Of a DNA stretch of 44,197 bases, positions 8,896-16,876 are shown piece by piece. The stretch lies in IMG/VR virus record IMGVR_UViG_2563366948_000003. One strand, given 5' to 3'. The notes beneath the pieces are model-generated. The model saw nothing but the letters and a program-made list of their open reading frames with translations, made no database searches and had not been told where the DNA came from. The translations under genes and the position numbers were made by a program. Origin of the DNA: a virus. Its lineage: Duplodnaviria; Heunggongvirae; Uroviricota; Caudoviricetes. Position 1 is the first letter of the stretch; each line of letters begins with the position of its first letter.

Positions 8896-9279
8896 CTAAT
8901 CAGCATCGCCCCTGATTCTGCGATTCATGTACTTGGCATATAGTTCATCGAGTTCCTTCAGACGCAGGGAGAAGATCCTTATCATATTCTGCTGTTCTTC
9001 TTCCGGTAACTGTCTGTAGAGCTCCAGAATACGTTGTTCATCAGGCTTAAGACCATCCTTCTCTCCAACATCCTCACCGAGTAGCCAGGCGACAGAAATA
9101 CCAACAGCGTCGGCTATGGCCAGTGCCGATTTCTTACTAATCACGCCTTTTTTGAACCAGCCGTTTACGGCCTGAGGGGTGACTCCAGCTATTCTTGCCA
9201 TGTCTGCTTTGGTAACGCCGCGATCAGTGATCTCAGTAAGGCGCTCCACCAGAACGAGGTTGGGTTCTTCTTTTCTCAT
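8896..9279 (-). CDS. XRE-family HTH DNA-binding protein (repressor-like, paralog 1; CI-like position)
   Basis: Paralog of the downstream gene (VTKADMARIAGVTPQAVNGWF; LELYRQLPEEEQ...LKELDELYAKYM). Divergent from the cro-like gene. Start at 9279 (MRKEEPN); the longer track ORF is probably an over-extension. Confidence 0.7.
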   Translation of the reverse strand: MRKEEPNLVLVERLTEITDRGVTKADMARIAGVTPQAVNGWFKKGVISKKSALAIADAVGISVAWLLGEDVGEKDGLKPDEQRILELYRQLPEEEQQNMIRIFSLRLKELDELYAKYMNRRIRGDAD

Positions 9280-9381
9280 ATGGTCATTGTAAATATTTGG
9301 TTTATGCACGCAATAAATCCAAAGTTTGCATGAAGTATAAATCTGTGGTTTACTTCTGCTATCAATAAGCAGGAGAAGCAC
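9280..9381. promoter_or_regulatory. Divergent switch region between repressor-like and cro-like genes
   Basis: ~100-bp AT-rich intergenic region between divergent HTH genes with imperfect dyads (TTTATGCACGCAATAAA, TTTGCATGAAGTATAAA). Promoters and operators are inferred from position only. Confidence 0.4.
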
Positions 9382-9600
9382 ATGTCCGCACTCGATAAAG
9401 CAATTAAAGCCGCTGGCTCTGCCAGAAAGCTCAGCATCGCGCTTGGTGTGACGAGTATGTCTGTAAGTCATTGGAAGAATCGTGACCAAGGGATCGTCCC
9501 GCCAAGCTATATCTTCCCGATTTTCAAAATGACAGGCGTAACCCCCCACGAGCTGCGCCCTGATCTCTATCCAAATCCCACTGACGGATTACCAAAGTAG
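9382..9600 (+). CDS. Cro/YdaS-like HTH regulator
   Basis: 72-aa protein with HTH (ARKLSIALGVTSMSVSHWKNR), divergent from the repressor-like gene. Resembles the YdaS/Cro family. Confidence 0.7.
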   Translation: MSALDKAIKAAGSARKLSIALGVTSMSVSHWKNRDQGIVPPSYIFPIFKMTGVTPHELRPDLYPNPTDGLPK

Positions 9601-9611
9601 GAGCACTGACA

Positions 9612-10169
9612 ATGCAAACACTTTCTTTTCAACAGAATAACAGAGCGCCATCAGAGCACCTGAAATTCCAGTATCAACACAGTGAGGCTGAAGGCCAGCC
9701 GGTCGATCACCGGGCTATCTGTTCTGCCGTCCGCGCCTGGGCGGCGGCAGAGGGCCGCGTGGCGGTCGCTCTGGCGATTAAAGAGGCTGCCGAACAGGCC
9801 GAGCTTGACAGCATTGACATGACCGGCAGCGCCGATGTGTGGAACGTGAAGCTGTTTCGCTGGCTGGACAACCACGAGAAATCACCGGCCTACCGGGCGA
9901 ACGTCGAGCAGCTGGCGCCGGTAATAATTTCGGTTCTGCCGCTGGCGTACCGGGATCGCGTGATTAAGCACGACTGCTTTGCGGTTCGTGTCGCCAGGTC
10001 GGTGAAAGAAGACGCTGAGGCGATACAGGCTGTCGTCCTCAAAGCCCCCAGACACGAACGGATGAAGGAAATCAGCGAGAGCATCGTAGCCAAGCTCTAC
10101 CTGGACGGACCTGATTCTGTGGCGCCCATTATGGCGATGGTTACAACGATGCTGGGTGGTGCGCTATGA
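9612..10169 (+). CDS. YdaT-like / CII-like regulatory protein
   Basis: 185-aa ORF directly after the cro-like gene. Segment WNVKLFRWLDNHEKSPAYRANVEQLAPVIISVLPLAYRDRV resembles the YdaT family pattern (recalled from memory). Confidence 0.5.
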   Translation: MQTLSFQQNNRAPSEHLKFQYQHSEAEGQPVDHRAICSAVRAWAAAEGRVAVALAIKEAAEQAELDSIDMTGSADVWNVKLFRWLDNHEKSPAYRANVEQLAPVIISVLPLAYRDRVIKHDCFAVRVARSVKEDAEAIQAVVLKAPRHERMKEISESIVAKLYLDGPDSVAPIMAMVTTMLGGAL

Positions 10170-10253
10170 CGGGCTCAGAAATGGCGAAAGCCGCGGTGCT
10201 CGAACACCAACGGCTTTCAGGTGCAAAAACTGTGCGTAATTGCGGAGAACAGT

Positions 10254-11162
10254 ATGTCAAATACCGCTGAAATAATCAATTTCCCAAATAAAACCGAACA
10301 ACCGGGAGGTCGTATGGCCGACCTGTCGAACGGGTATACCAAGGTCGCTAACGAGATCCAACAGCTTAAGCCTCGCCTGAGACTGTCAGGCCGGGAATGG
10401 CAATGTTTTGAGGCGGTGATCTGGCTTACCTACGGCTGGAACAAGAAACAGGACCGCGTGACAAATACGGTTATTGCCGAGCTTACGGGCCTGAGCGATA
10501 CGCATGTATCGGACGCGCTTAAGTCTCTCGCAGAACGCAAAATCATCTTTTCACAGAAGCAGGGCATGATGAAAATCGTCGGTGTAAACACTGACCTTTC
10601 AGCATGGATTTTAGACAAACCGGAAACGGGAAGAAAATTCCCGAAAACGGGAAAATCCTTCCCGAAATCAGGAATAACCTTCCCGAAAACGGTAGACACC
10701 CAATACAAGAACAAGAACAGTATTAAAAGATCTTCGTCCGAGAATTCTGACGAATCCTCTGACGCACGTCTGAAGAAATTTTTATCAACTCATCCTGAAG
10801 CTGCGGTCTACACACCATCCGGTGCGAAGTGGGGCTCTGCTGAAGACCTCGAGACAGCTAAGTGGATTTCCTCCAGGGTGAAGCTGATTAACCCAACCTG
10901 CAAAGCCCCGGACATGACCTCCTGGTCTAACACTGTTCGCCTGATGCGCCAGATAGACAACCGGTCGCACCAGGACATCTGCGCGCTGTATGACTGGGCT
11001 AGCAAACACCACTTCTGGCAGACCAACATCCTGAGTCCCGAAAGCCTGCGTAAGCAGTGGGACAAGCTGACAATGCAGCGTAACGCCGGAGGTGAGCAGC
11101 GCGCTGTCAAGCCAGATCTGGACTTCAACAACACTGACTGGGCCTATGGGGTGATCCGATGA
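10254..11162 (+). CDS. O: Replication initiator, lambda O-like (phage replisome organizer)
   Basis: N-terminal replisome-organizer-like domain (LSGREWQCFEAVIWLTYGWNKK...VIAELTGLSDTHVSDALKSLAERKII). Internal iteron-encoded repeats (FPKTGKSFPKSGITFPKT). 4-nt overlap with the P-like gene. GGAGA RBS before the ATG at 10254. Confidence 0.8.
   Translation: MSNTAEIINFPNKTEQPGGRMADLSNGYTKVANEIQQLKPRLRLSGREWQCFEAVIWLTYGWNKKQDRVTNTVIAELTGLSDTHVSDALKSLAERKIIFSQKQGMMKIVGVNTDLSAWILDKPETGRKFPKTGKSFPKSGITFPKTVDTQYKNKNSIKRSSSENSDESSDARLKKFLSTHPEAAVYTPSGAKWGSAEDLETAKWISSRVKLINPTCKAPDMTSWSNTVRLMRQIDNRSHQDICALYDWASKHHFWQTNILSPESLRKQWDKLTMQRNAGGEQRAVKPDLDFNNTDWAYGVIR
10618..10693. repeat. Iteron array (putative origin of replication) within the O-like gene
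   Basis: Three ~21-bp direct repeats containing TTCCCGAAAACGG / TTCCCGAAATCAGG, analogous to the lambda ori iterons inside gene O. Confidence 0.55.
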
Positions 11163-11848
11163 AATCTCTTGCAGAGCAGATGCGTAACCACGACCGCGAG
11201 CAGATGAGCCGCATGGCCCATAACCTGCCAGAGCAGTACCAGGAGTGCGCGCCGGTCGAGCAGGTGGCGCAGGTATTCAACAAGCTGTTCAACGAGCTGC
11301 GCGCCGCGTTCCCGGCCAGCATGGCGAACTTCCGCACCCAGGAAGACCTGAACGAATTCCGCCGTCAGTGGCTGCTGGCGTTTCAGGAGAACGGGATCCA
11401 CACCATGGCTCAGGTCGATGCCGGCATGCGCATTGCCCGCCGCCAGGAGCGCCCATTCCTGCCGTCGCCGGGCCAGTTTGTCGCCTGGTGCAAGCAGAGC
11501 GGCGGCGCGCTGGGCGTCAACGTTGACCAGGTGATCGCCGAATACTGGGACTGGCGTAACCGCTCGTTCGAATTCATCTCCAGCGAGCAATTTCCATGGT
11601 CGCAGCCGGTCATGTACCACATTTGCGTAGAATTGCGCCACCGCAGCACCGAGCGCCAGTTAACGCATGGTGAACTGGCACGCGAGGCAGGCGATCTGCT
11701 GGACATGTGGGAAAGGCGCGTCACCGAGGGTAAGCCAGTGCCGCCGGTACGCCGGGCTATTGCCGCACCAGCTGCCGAGCAAGGGCCGACGCCGATCCAG
11801 CTGCTGCTGGCCAAGTACAACCGCAACAAGTCGAACGGGATGGTGTGA
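11159..11848 (+). CDS. P: Replication protein P (DnaB helicase loader), lambda P-like
   Basis: Strong end-to-end resemblance to lambda P as recalled (MKSLAEQMRNHDREQMSRMAHNLPEQY...RRQERPFLPSPGQFVAWCKQ). Confidence 0.85.
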   Translation: MKSLAEQMRNHDREQMSRMAHNLPEQYQECAPVEQVAQVFNKLFNELRAAFPASMANFRTQEDLNEFRRQWLLAFQENGIHTMAQVDAGMRIARRQERPFLPSPGQFVAWCKQSGGALGVNVDQVIAEYWDWRNRSFEFISSEQFPWSQPVMYHICVELRHRSTERQLTHGELAREAGDLLDMWERRVTEGKPVPPVRRAIAAPAAEQGPTPIQLLLAKYNRNKSNGMV

Positions 11849-11849
11849 C

Positions 11850-12194
11850 ATGAACATAACAATCCGTGAGCAGGTGCTGGCAGCCCTGCGCAACAACCCA
11901 GGGTTGAACAACGCCAAACTGGCAGGGCTTATCGGCATGGACACCAAAAAGATATCCGGAACGGTGAGCACGCTGCTGGCAGACGGCCTGATCCGCTGCG
12001 AAGGAAAATACGGCCAGCGCCTTTACAGCCTGACCAGCTACGGAATGCGCTTCGCCCGTGACACGATACCTGGCATGAAGCAGGGTAAGTCGAAGTTAAT
12101 TCAGCGGACGGACACAAACGTGATCTGCCAGGAGTGCCGCAACAGCGCGGCGATGAGAAGGGTATTGATGGTTTGGGGGAGGGTAGGGGTATGA
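11850..12194 (+). CDS. Small winged-helix DNA-binding protein
   Basis: 114-aa product from the ATG at 11850. wHTH-like segment (NNAKLAGLIGMDTKKISGTVSTLLADGLIR). The track ORF is extended upstream in the same frame. Confidence 0.4.
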   Translation: MNITIREQVLAALRNNPGLNNAKLAGLIGMDTKKISGTVSTLLADGLIRCEGKYGQRLYSLTSYGMRFARDTIPGMKQGKSKLIQRTDTNVICQECRNSAAMRRVLMVWGRVGV

Positions 12195-12388
12195 AAATCG
12201 AAGATATCAAAAACGTTGCGGTGTTCTTCAATATGAACGGCAAGACAGTAGCGTTACGAATGGATGCTGAGCAGAAGCGGATCGTCGCATTAATGGCGCT
12301 TAACACGGCTGATGCTCGGGCAGAACTGATTGAAGTGCCGCACATGACTTTACCAGCAGACCCAGCCATGGAGGAGGCCGCCCAATGA
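12191..12388 (+). CDS. Hypothetical nin-region protein
   Basis: 65-aa ORF from the internal Met (MKIEDIKN), coupled to flanking genes. Confidence 0.3.
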   Translation: MKIEDIKNVAVFFNMNGKTVALRMDAEQKRIVALMALNTADARAELIEVPHMTLPADPAMEEAAQ

Positions 12389-12930
12389 GCAACATCGACA
12401 AACGTGGATTACGGGAAGCAGCGGAGAAGGCGACGAAAGGCCGGTGGGCTGTTGAGTTCGACGATGAGATTTACTCCACTGACGGCGTGAACCATGAGCA
12501 AATAGCCATGGTATTCAGTGAAAACGAAGCGCGTGATGCTGCATTTATCGCCGCAGCCAACCCCGCCACCGTGCTGGCGCTGCTGGATGAGCTGGAAGCC
12601 GCAGAGAAGCGCATAGCAGAACTGGAGGCGCGTTCATTCAATCCAGCAATTCTGGATGTGGTAGCCGAACGTCAGCGGCAACAGTCGGTTGAAGGATGGA
12701 CTCCTGAACATGACAACGCATATCAAAATAGCGAATTAGCAGATGCAGCGGCTTGTTACGCAATTCATGCGCACAACCAAGGTTTCTCCACTCCAGCACA
12801 TTGGCCGTGGTCGCCTGATTGGTGGAAGCAATCAGGAGCACGCTGCGACTTGGTAAAAGCTGGCGCTCTTATTCTGGCAGAAATTGAACGCATTGACCGC
12901 GCCGCTGGCATTGGCGTGAAGGGGGAATGA
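12385..12930 (+). CDS. Ead/Ea22-like protein
   Basis: N-terminus MSNIDKRGLREAAEKATKGRWAVEF is typical of the Ead/Ea22-like family of lambdoid prophages. Confidence 0.5.
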   Translation: MSNIDKRGLREAAEKATKGRWAVEFDDEIYSTDGVNHEQIAMVFSENEARDAAFIAAANPATVLALLDELEAAEKRIAELEARSFNPAILDVVAERQRQQSVEGWTPEHDNAYQNSELADAAACYAIHAHNQGFSTPAHWPWSPDWWKQSGARCDLVKAGALILAEIERIDRAAGIGVKGE

Positions 12931-12931
12931 G

Positions 12932-13135
12932 ATGTCAAAGTCACCAATGAAACTCATGCTACGGGCCTGGAACAAAGAGCTTAAAAATCCAGAATGGGAC
13001 ATGGGCAATCGTAAACACCGCAAAGCTTGTGCTCGTGATTTTGCCGGAGCCAGCATAGAAACCGATGCTGATATCCCTAACCAAGCCGAAGCAGATGACC
13101 GCCTGGCGGAAGAACTTACTTACTGGACGGACTAA
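12932..13135 (+). CDS. Hypothetical small phage protein
   Basis: 67-aa ORF in the operon. No motif recognised. Confidence 0.35.
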   Translation: MSKSPMKLMLRAWNKELKNPEWDMGNRKHRKACARDFAGASIETDADIPNQAEADDRLAEELTYWTD

Positions 13136-13138
13136 CCC

Positions 13139-13588
13139 ATGACAACTAACCACCCGGCGCACGGTCATGTATCACTCGATCGCCTGCACCAGATACGCGA
13201 AATACTCAGCAACGCAGCAGCACAAAGCGACGGCGGTAATCTCGGCTACGCAATGGCTGATGCTGTGAAGGTGATTGATGGAGTTCTGGAGTCGATGGCC
13301 CGTGAGCAAGTACGCCGTGAGCATGCTACATGGTCACAGGCTACTTTCGGCGATGTCGGTCCAGTTGGTCCGCTGAAGCACCTTTCCAAAGAAGCGCTCG
13401 AGGCGGCAGCTGAACCAAGTGACCTTACCGAATGGGCTGACATGCAATTCCTGTTATGGGATGCGCAACGTCGTGCCGGTATCAGTGATGAGCAGATTAC
13501 CCTGGCGATGGTAGAAAAGTTGGCGGTTAACAAACAGCGCGAATGGCCTGAGCCGAAAGATGGTGAGCCGCGTCTGCACATCAAGTAG
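13139..13588 (+). CDS. DUF550-like phage protein (putative dNTP pyrophosphohydrolase family)
   Basis: 149-aa protein. Segment HATWSQATFGDVGPVGPLKHLSKEALEAAAEPSDLTEWADMQFLLWDAQRRAGISDEQI resembles the DUF550 family. Confidence 0.45.
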   Translation: MTTNHPAHGHVSLDRLHQIREILSNAAAQSDGGNLGYAMADAVKVIDGVLESMAREQVRREHATWSQATFGDVGPVGPLKHLSKEALEAAAEPSDLTEWADMQFLLWDAQRRAGISDEQITLAMVEKLAVNKQREWPEPKDGEPRLHIK

Positions 13589-13641
13589 ACTCTTATGGAT
13601 AATTGAACCCTAATTCATTATGAACATAATAAGGAGTCCTT

Positions 13642-13962
13642 ATGTCTTACATAATGCCTGAAAAAGGCCAAATGAATGAATATGGAATTGAGGCTTTCGG
13701 GATCCCGCTTACCAGTAGGCATGGAGTTGCGATGGAACTGTCTCAAATGCTACGTTTTTCTTACTATGTAGCTTCAGTTGGGCTTGTAAAATGTATTGAA
13801 AGTGTCTTCTATGATTCAGGCTCTTGCTGCTGTAATTTTGAATTTATTCCCGGGTTTAATGAGTATTCGGAGGAGGCAGAAAAAATTAGACAGTGCGCGC
13901 TACGTTCGATTGGGCAATTTGAATGGTTTGGTATGATTGAACACGGCGACATCAACGGCTAA
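13642..13962 (+). CDS. Hypothetical cysteine-rich protein (moron-like)
   Basis: 106-aa ORF with an AGGAG RBS in an AT-rich context and a CCC motif (YDSGSCCCNFEF). Followed by a terminator. Confidence 0.4.
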   Translation: MSYIMPEKGQMNEYGIEAFGIPLTSRHGVAMELSQMLRFSYYVASVGLVKCIESVFYDSGSCCCNFEFIPGFNEYSEEAEKIRQCALRSIGQFEWFGMIEHGDING

Positions 13963-13992
13963 GTGTTTAACTCCAATAGCAAACGAATAAAA

Positions 13993-14015
13993 GCCTCTAA
14001 GTTAGAGGTTTTTTA
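13993..14015 (+). terminator. Rho-independent terminator
   Basis: Stem CCTCTAA/TTAGAGG followed by a T-run (GCCTCTAAGTTAGAGGTTTTTT). Confidence 0.65.
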
Positions 14016-14153
14016 TGTCTGAAAGGTAGCATTACCAAGTCTATGGTTGCCTAGCTCAGTCAGGCTTGTATTTGGTTGCTTAGCAATCAACTCATGCGAC
14101 ATGAGCGGGATCTTTCTAATCATCATTTTCGGTAAATGATTTTGGTTGCTTGG

Positions 14154-14188
14154 TTGACAAAATCGAGAAAATGCGAAAATATATGGTT
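14154..14188 (+). promoter_or_regulatory. Candidate sigma70 promoter with operator-like direct repeats upstream of the 14218 cassette
   Basis: TTGACA at 14154-14159, ~17-nt spacer, then AAATAT. Direct repeat TTGGTTGCTT at ~14073 and ~14143. Confidence 0.3.
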
Positions 14189-14217
14189 TACGAATTCCAA
14201 AAAAAGCGAAACTTGAA

Positions 14218-14868
14218 ATGAGCGACAACCAGTTAGCACCTTGTTGGGAATTTCAGCCTTACCTTGCTGAAAGCAATGTTCGTCAGTTGTTAGCGGAAAT
14301 TGCTAATGTACTCGAGCAATTGTACTACCACAAACACACACTGGACAGTAACTGGTCCGAAGGTGTAAGGGCTTATGATTGGGTCAGAAATCATTTGATT
14401 CAAAGTGAAGGGACACTGCCGGGTCTGGAAATGGTTTCGAAGGGACTGGATTATGTGGTTGCGTTAAATAAAGTGCCGCTGCAGTTCTCCAAAGATTGCA
14501 TTAATAACCCGAAGAAGAAGCATCGCCTTCTTCGAAATAGGGTGGAGCATGAGCAACTTTCATTGTTCGGTGAAACTGAAGCCGAGCAAGATATTACATG
14601 GCGGATCATCGCCGAACCATTTTTATCCGATGAAGAAGATGGCGAGCTGGAATCAACATTGCCTCGCTGGGAAGTGGCTTTAGTTGGGTTTAACGCATAT
14701 GGTGCCCAGATCAGTATGGTTTCACACCAATCTACTGCTTCAGCGCCGCTTATGTCTCTTGATACCAACACTCTTCCGGATGAAGCTGAGATTGGCAAAG
14801 CCTCTCTTCGCCGCCGTAAAAAAGATCAAGATTTGGATGTGAGCAGTAATGGAACATCAAGTGAATGA
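14218..14868 (+). CDS. Hypothetical protein (216 aa), first gene of a two-gene cassette
   Basis: AT-rich ORF with no recognisable motif. Overlaps the downstream HTH-peptidase gene by 20 nt. Acidic C-terminal half. Confidence 0.5.
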   Translation: MSDNQLAPCWEFQPYLAESNVRQLLAEIANVLEQLYYHKHTLDSNWSEGVRAYDWVRNHLIQSEGTLPGLEMVSKGLDYVVALNKVPLQFSKDCINNPKKKHRLLRNRVEHEQLSLFGETEAEQDITWRIIAEPFLSDEEDGELESTLPRWEVALVGFNAYGAQISMVSHQSTASAPLMSLDTNTLPDEAEIGKASLRRRKKDQDLDVSSNGTSSE

Positions 14869-15952
14869 CTTTGCTGAGTATCGTGGGGATAAGCTCAAAT
14901 TAGCCAGAATGGCTGTTGGGCTCTCCTGCGAAGAGTTAGCGGAGAAAATTGGTAAAACAAAACAATTCGTTAGCAAATTGGAAAAAGGGTTTAAACCATC
15001 AGAACAGTTGTTAGAATTAATCTCATCTGCGCTGATGATTAAATCTGATTTCCTATTTACTGAACGAAAATATGCTTTAGAAAGCGATGTTTGCCATTTT
15101 CGGAGTAAAAAATCGAGAACCCAAACATTAACCAATAGTGTTCTGGCAAGGGCGGAGATTCTTAACATTATAATCTCTGCCGTTGAGGGAGAAATCGAGT
15201 TTCCTGATGTTTTCATACCTGAGCACCCCGGTGCTGAATTGCTGACTCCAAATGATATTGAACGTGTAGCGGAAGACTGCAGAAGAGCATGGAACTTAGG
15301 GCTGGGACCTATATCCTCAATGGTCAAACTGGCTGAGAGTTTGGGGGTTATTGTTGCTCATGTGACAGGAGTGGATGACCGCGTAGATGCTTTTACTGTT
15401 CATAACAACAGGCCAGTAATCATCCGAAATAACGTCAAAAAGAGTATATGCAGATTCCGATCAGATTTAGGTCACGAATTGGGGCACTTGGTTATGCACG
15501 AAGGTATAACCACAGGAGATAAAGTGACTGAATCGCAAGCGGATCGTTTTTCAAGCGCGTTGCTAGTTCCTCGATTGTCCTTTATTAAAGAGTTTCCCCG
15601 TATACGAGGAAGACAGTTCGATTGGAACGCCCTAGTTGAGTTTAAGCTTCGGTGGAAGATTAGTCTTAAAATGTGCATTTACCGAGCAACAACTCTAGGC
15701 CTGCTGACGCAGGAGCAGGCAAGAACAGGTTATATGCATTTGAACTCTAAAGGATATACGAAAGTTGAACCAGGAGATGAATTTATTCGCCCGGAAGAAC
15801 CGAGTATGTTAGCTGAGGCGATTGAAATGCTGGATGATGCAACATGGATGAGCATTCTCATGAAAACTGGTTTAAGCCAGGAGTTGGTTAGGGAGTTATT
15901 CTCGGTAAACCGCCCACTGTCAAATCCAAGAAATCTACTTCAACTGGTTTGA
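14849..15952 (+). CDS. Fused XRE-HTH / ImmA-IrrE family (M78) zinc metallopeptidase
   Basis: N-terminal HTH (LSCEELAEKIGKTKQFVSKLEKG). C-terminal domain with the HExxH zinc motif (LGHELGHLVMHE) in ImmA/IrrE (COG2856/DUF955) context. Confidence 0.8.
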   Translation: MEHQVNDFAEYRGDKLKLARMAVGLSCEELAEKIGKTKQFVSKLEKGFKPSEQLLELISSALMIKSDFLFTERKYALESDVCHFRSKKSRTQTLTNSVLARAEILNIIISAVEGEIEFPDVFIPEHPGAELLTPNDIERVAEDCRRAWNLGLGPISSMVKLAESLGVIVAHVTGVDDRVDAFTVHNNRPVIIRNNVKKSICRFRSDLGHELGHLVMHEGITTGDKVTESQADRFSSALLVPRLSFIKEFPRIRGRQFDWNALVEFKLRWKISLKMCIYRATTLGLLTQEQARTGYMHLNSKGYTKVEPGDEFIRPEEPSMLAEAIEMLDDATWMSILMKTGLSQELVRELFSVNRPLSNPRNLLQLV

Positions 15953-15967
15953 CTCAAAGCTTGTAAT

Positions 15968-15991
15968 AAACCCGCTATATGCGGGTTTTTT
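15968..15991 (+). terminator. Rho-independent terminator
   Basis: AAACCCGCTATATGCGGGTTTTTTC: stem CCCGC/GCGGG plus T-run, immediately after the HTH-peptidase stop. Confidence 0.7.
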
Positions 15992-16114
15992 CTTTCTGGT
16001 AGCGCGCTGTGGTAACGCTGTGCCTCCAGCGCTCGCTGAGGCGCTGGTGCGTGCTAATTTGCCGGAGCTTTGTCAGCAGAAACAAATAGCGGCGTAATAA
16101 AACATTGCTAATTC

Positions 16115-16141
16115 AACCCGCTACGGCGGGTTTTCTTTTTT
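16115..16141 (+). terminator. Second, near-identical rho-independent terminator
   Basis: CAACCCGCTACGGCGGGTTTTCTTTTT: same stem as the terminator ~145 bp upstream. Confidence 0.6.
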
Positions 16142-16204
16142 TAATACTGACAGAAAATTAACAATTTGTGCTCTTAAAACGTTGATCATTTCCGTGCATA
16201 GGTA

Positions 16205-16224
16205 TACTGTATAAAAACACAGCA
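16205..16224 (+). promoter_or_regulatory. LexA (SOS) box
   Basis: TACTGTATAAAAACACAGCA matches the CTGT-N8-ACAG LexA consensus (CTGT 16207-16210, ACAG 16219-16222), ~20 bp upstream of the dinI-like start. Confidence 0.75.
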
Positions 16225-16242
16225 CATGCAATGGAGGCTATT

Positions 16243-16476
16243 ATGAAAGTTGAATTAACCATTGATCGCATGAAAGAACTTCCTAAAGGCGCAGTACCAG
16301 CACTGGAGAAAGAACTGCTTAAGCGCCTGAATGATCACTATGACAATTGCAGGCTCACAATCCGCCGTGCCGGGTCCGATGGGTTAAGTGTTTTTGGTGG
16401 TGACAAGGACGATAAAAAGAAAATTGAATCAATCCTCCAGGATACCTGGGAAAGCGCTGACGACTGGTTTTATTAG
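16243..16476 (+). CDS. dinI: DinI-family DNA-damage-inducible protein
   Basis: MKVELTIDRMKELPKGAVPALEKEL...ESILQDTWESADDWFY closely parallels E. coli DinI (MRIEVTIAKTSPLPAGAIDALAGEL...SEILQETWESADDWF, recalled). GGAGG RBS. The track ORF starts 12 nt upstream. Confidence 0.85.
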   Translation: MKVELTIDRMKELPKGAVPALEKELLKRLNDHYDNCRLTIRRAGSDGLSVFGGDKDDKKKIESILQDTWESADDWFY

Positions 16477-16593
16477 AATTGCGCTTAAGGCTGGCGCGCA
16501 TTTTTCAGAATACCGCAATTTGCGTAACCCTCTGATGCTGCTGCCGACAATCTTTAATCGCGTCTGTTAGTCGCTCGAAGGGAGAACATAAAT

Positions 16594-16842
16594 GTGAGTG
16601 ATTCAGCTTTGCAAACGTCAGAAGACAACTGGTATGACATTGTAAGAAGGTCTGACGGCTGCGTGGTGTTTAGCTTTCCTTCATCGGGCAGGCATCTAAT
16701 TTATCGCGTCAATGGCATGGTTTCTATGCGGCCTTTGCTGGATGATGAAGAGGTCTTTACTCCTAATGGTTTTATGCAATTTATCCGCCGTCTCGGCTAC
16801 CGGGTAACACCACCTTCTGATAATATGAAATCAACGGTCTGA
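16594..16842 (+). CDS. Hypothetical protein (82 aa, GTG start)
   Basis: ORF downstream of dinI on the same strand with a GGGAGA RBS. No motif recognised. Confidence 0.4.
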   Translation: MSDSALQTSEDNWYDIVRRSDGCVVFSFPSSGRHLIYRVNGMVSMRPLLDDEEVFTPNGFMQFIRRLGYRVTPPSDNMKSTV

Positions 16843-16876
16843 ACAACCGTAACCTACTGCGCCACGGAGAGAAACC

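Noticed and set aside
11144-11971. Multiple antisense and alternate-frame ORFs across the P-like gene (93-165 aa)
   Set aside because: The P-like gene is GC-rich and opens spurious frames. Arg/Ala/Pro-rich translations are typical of such artefacts.
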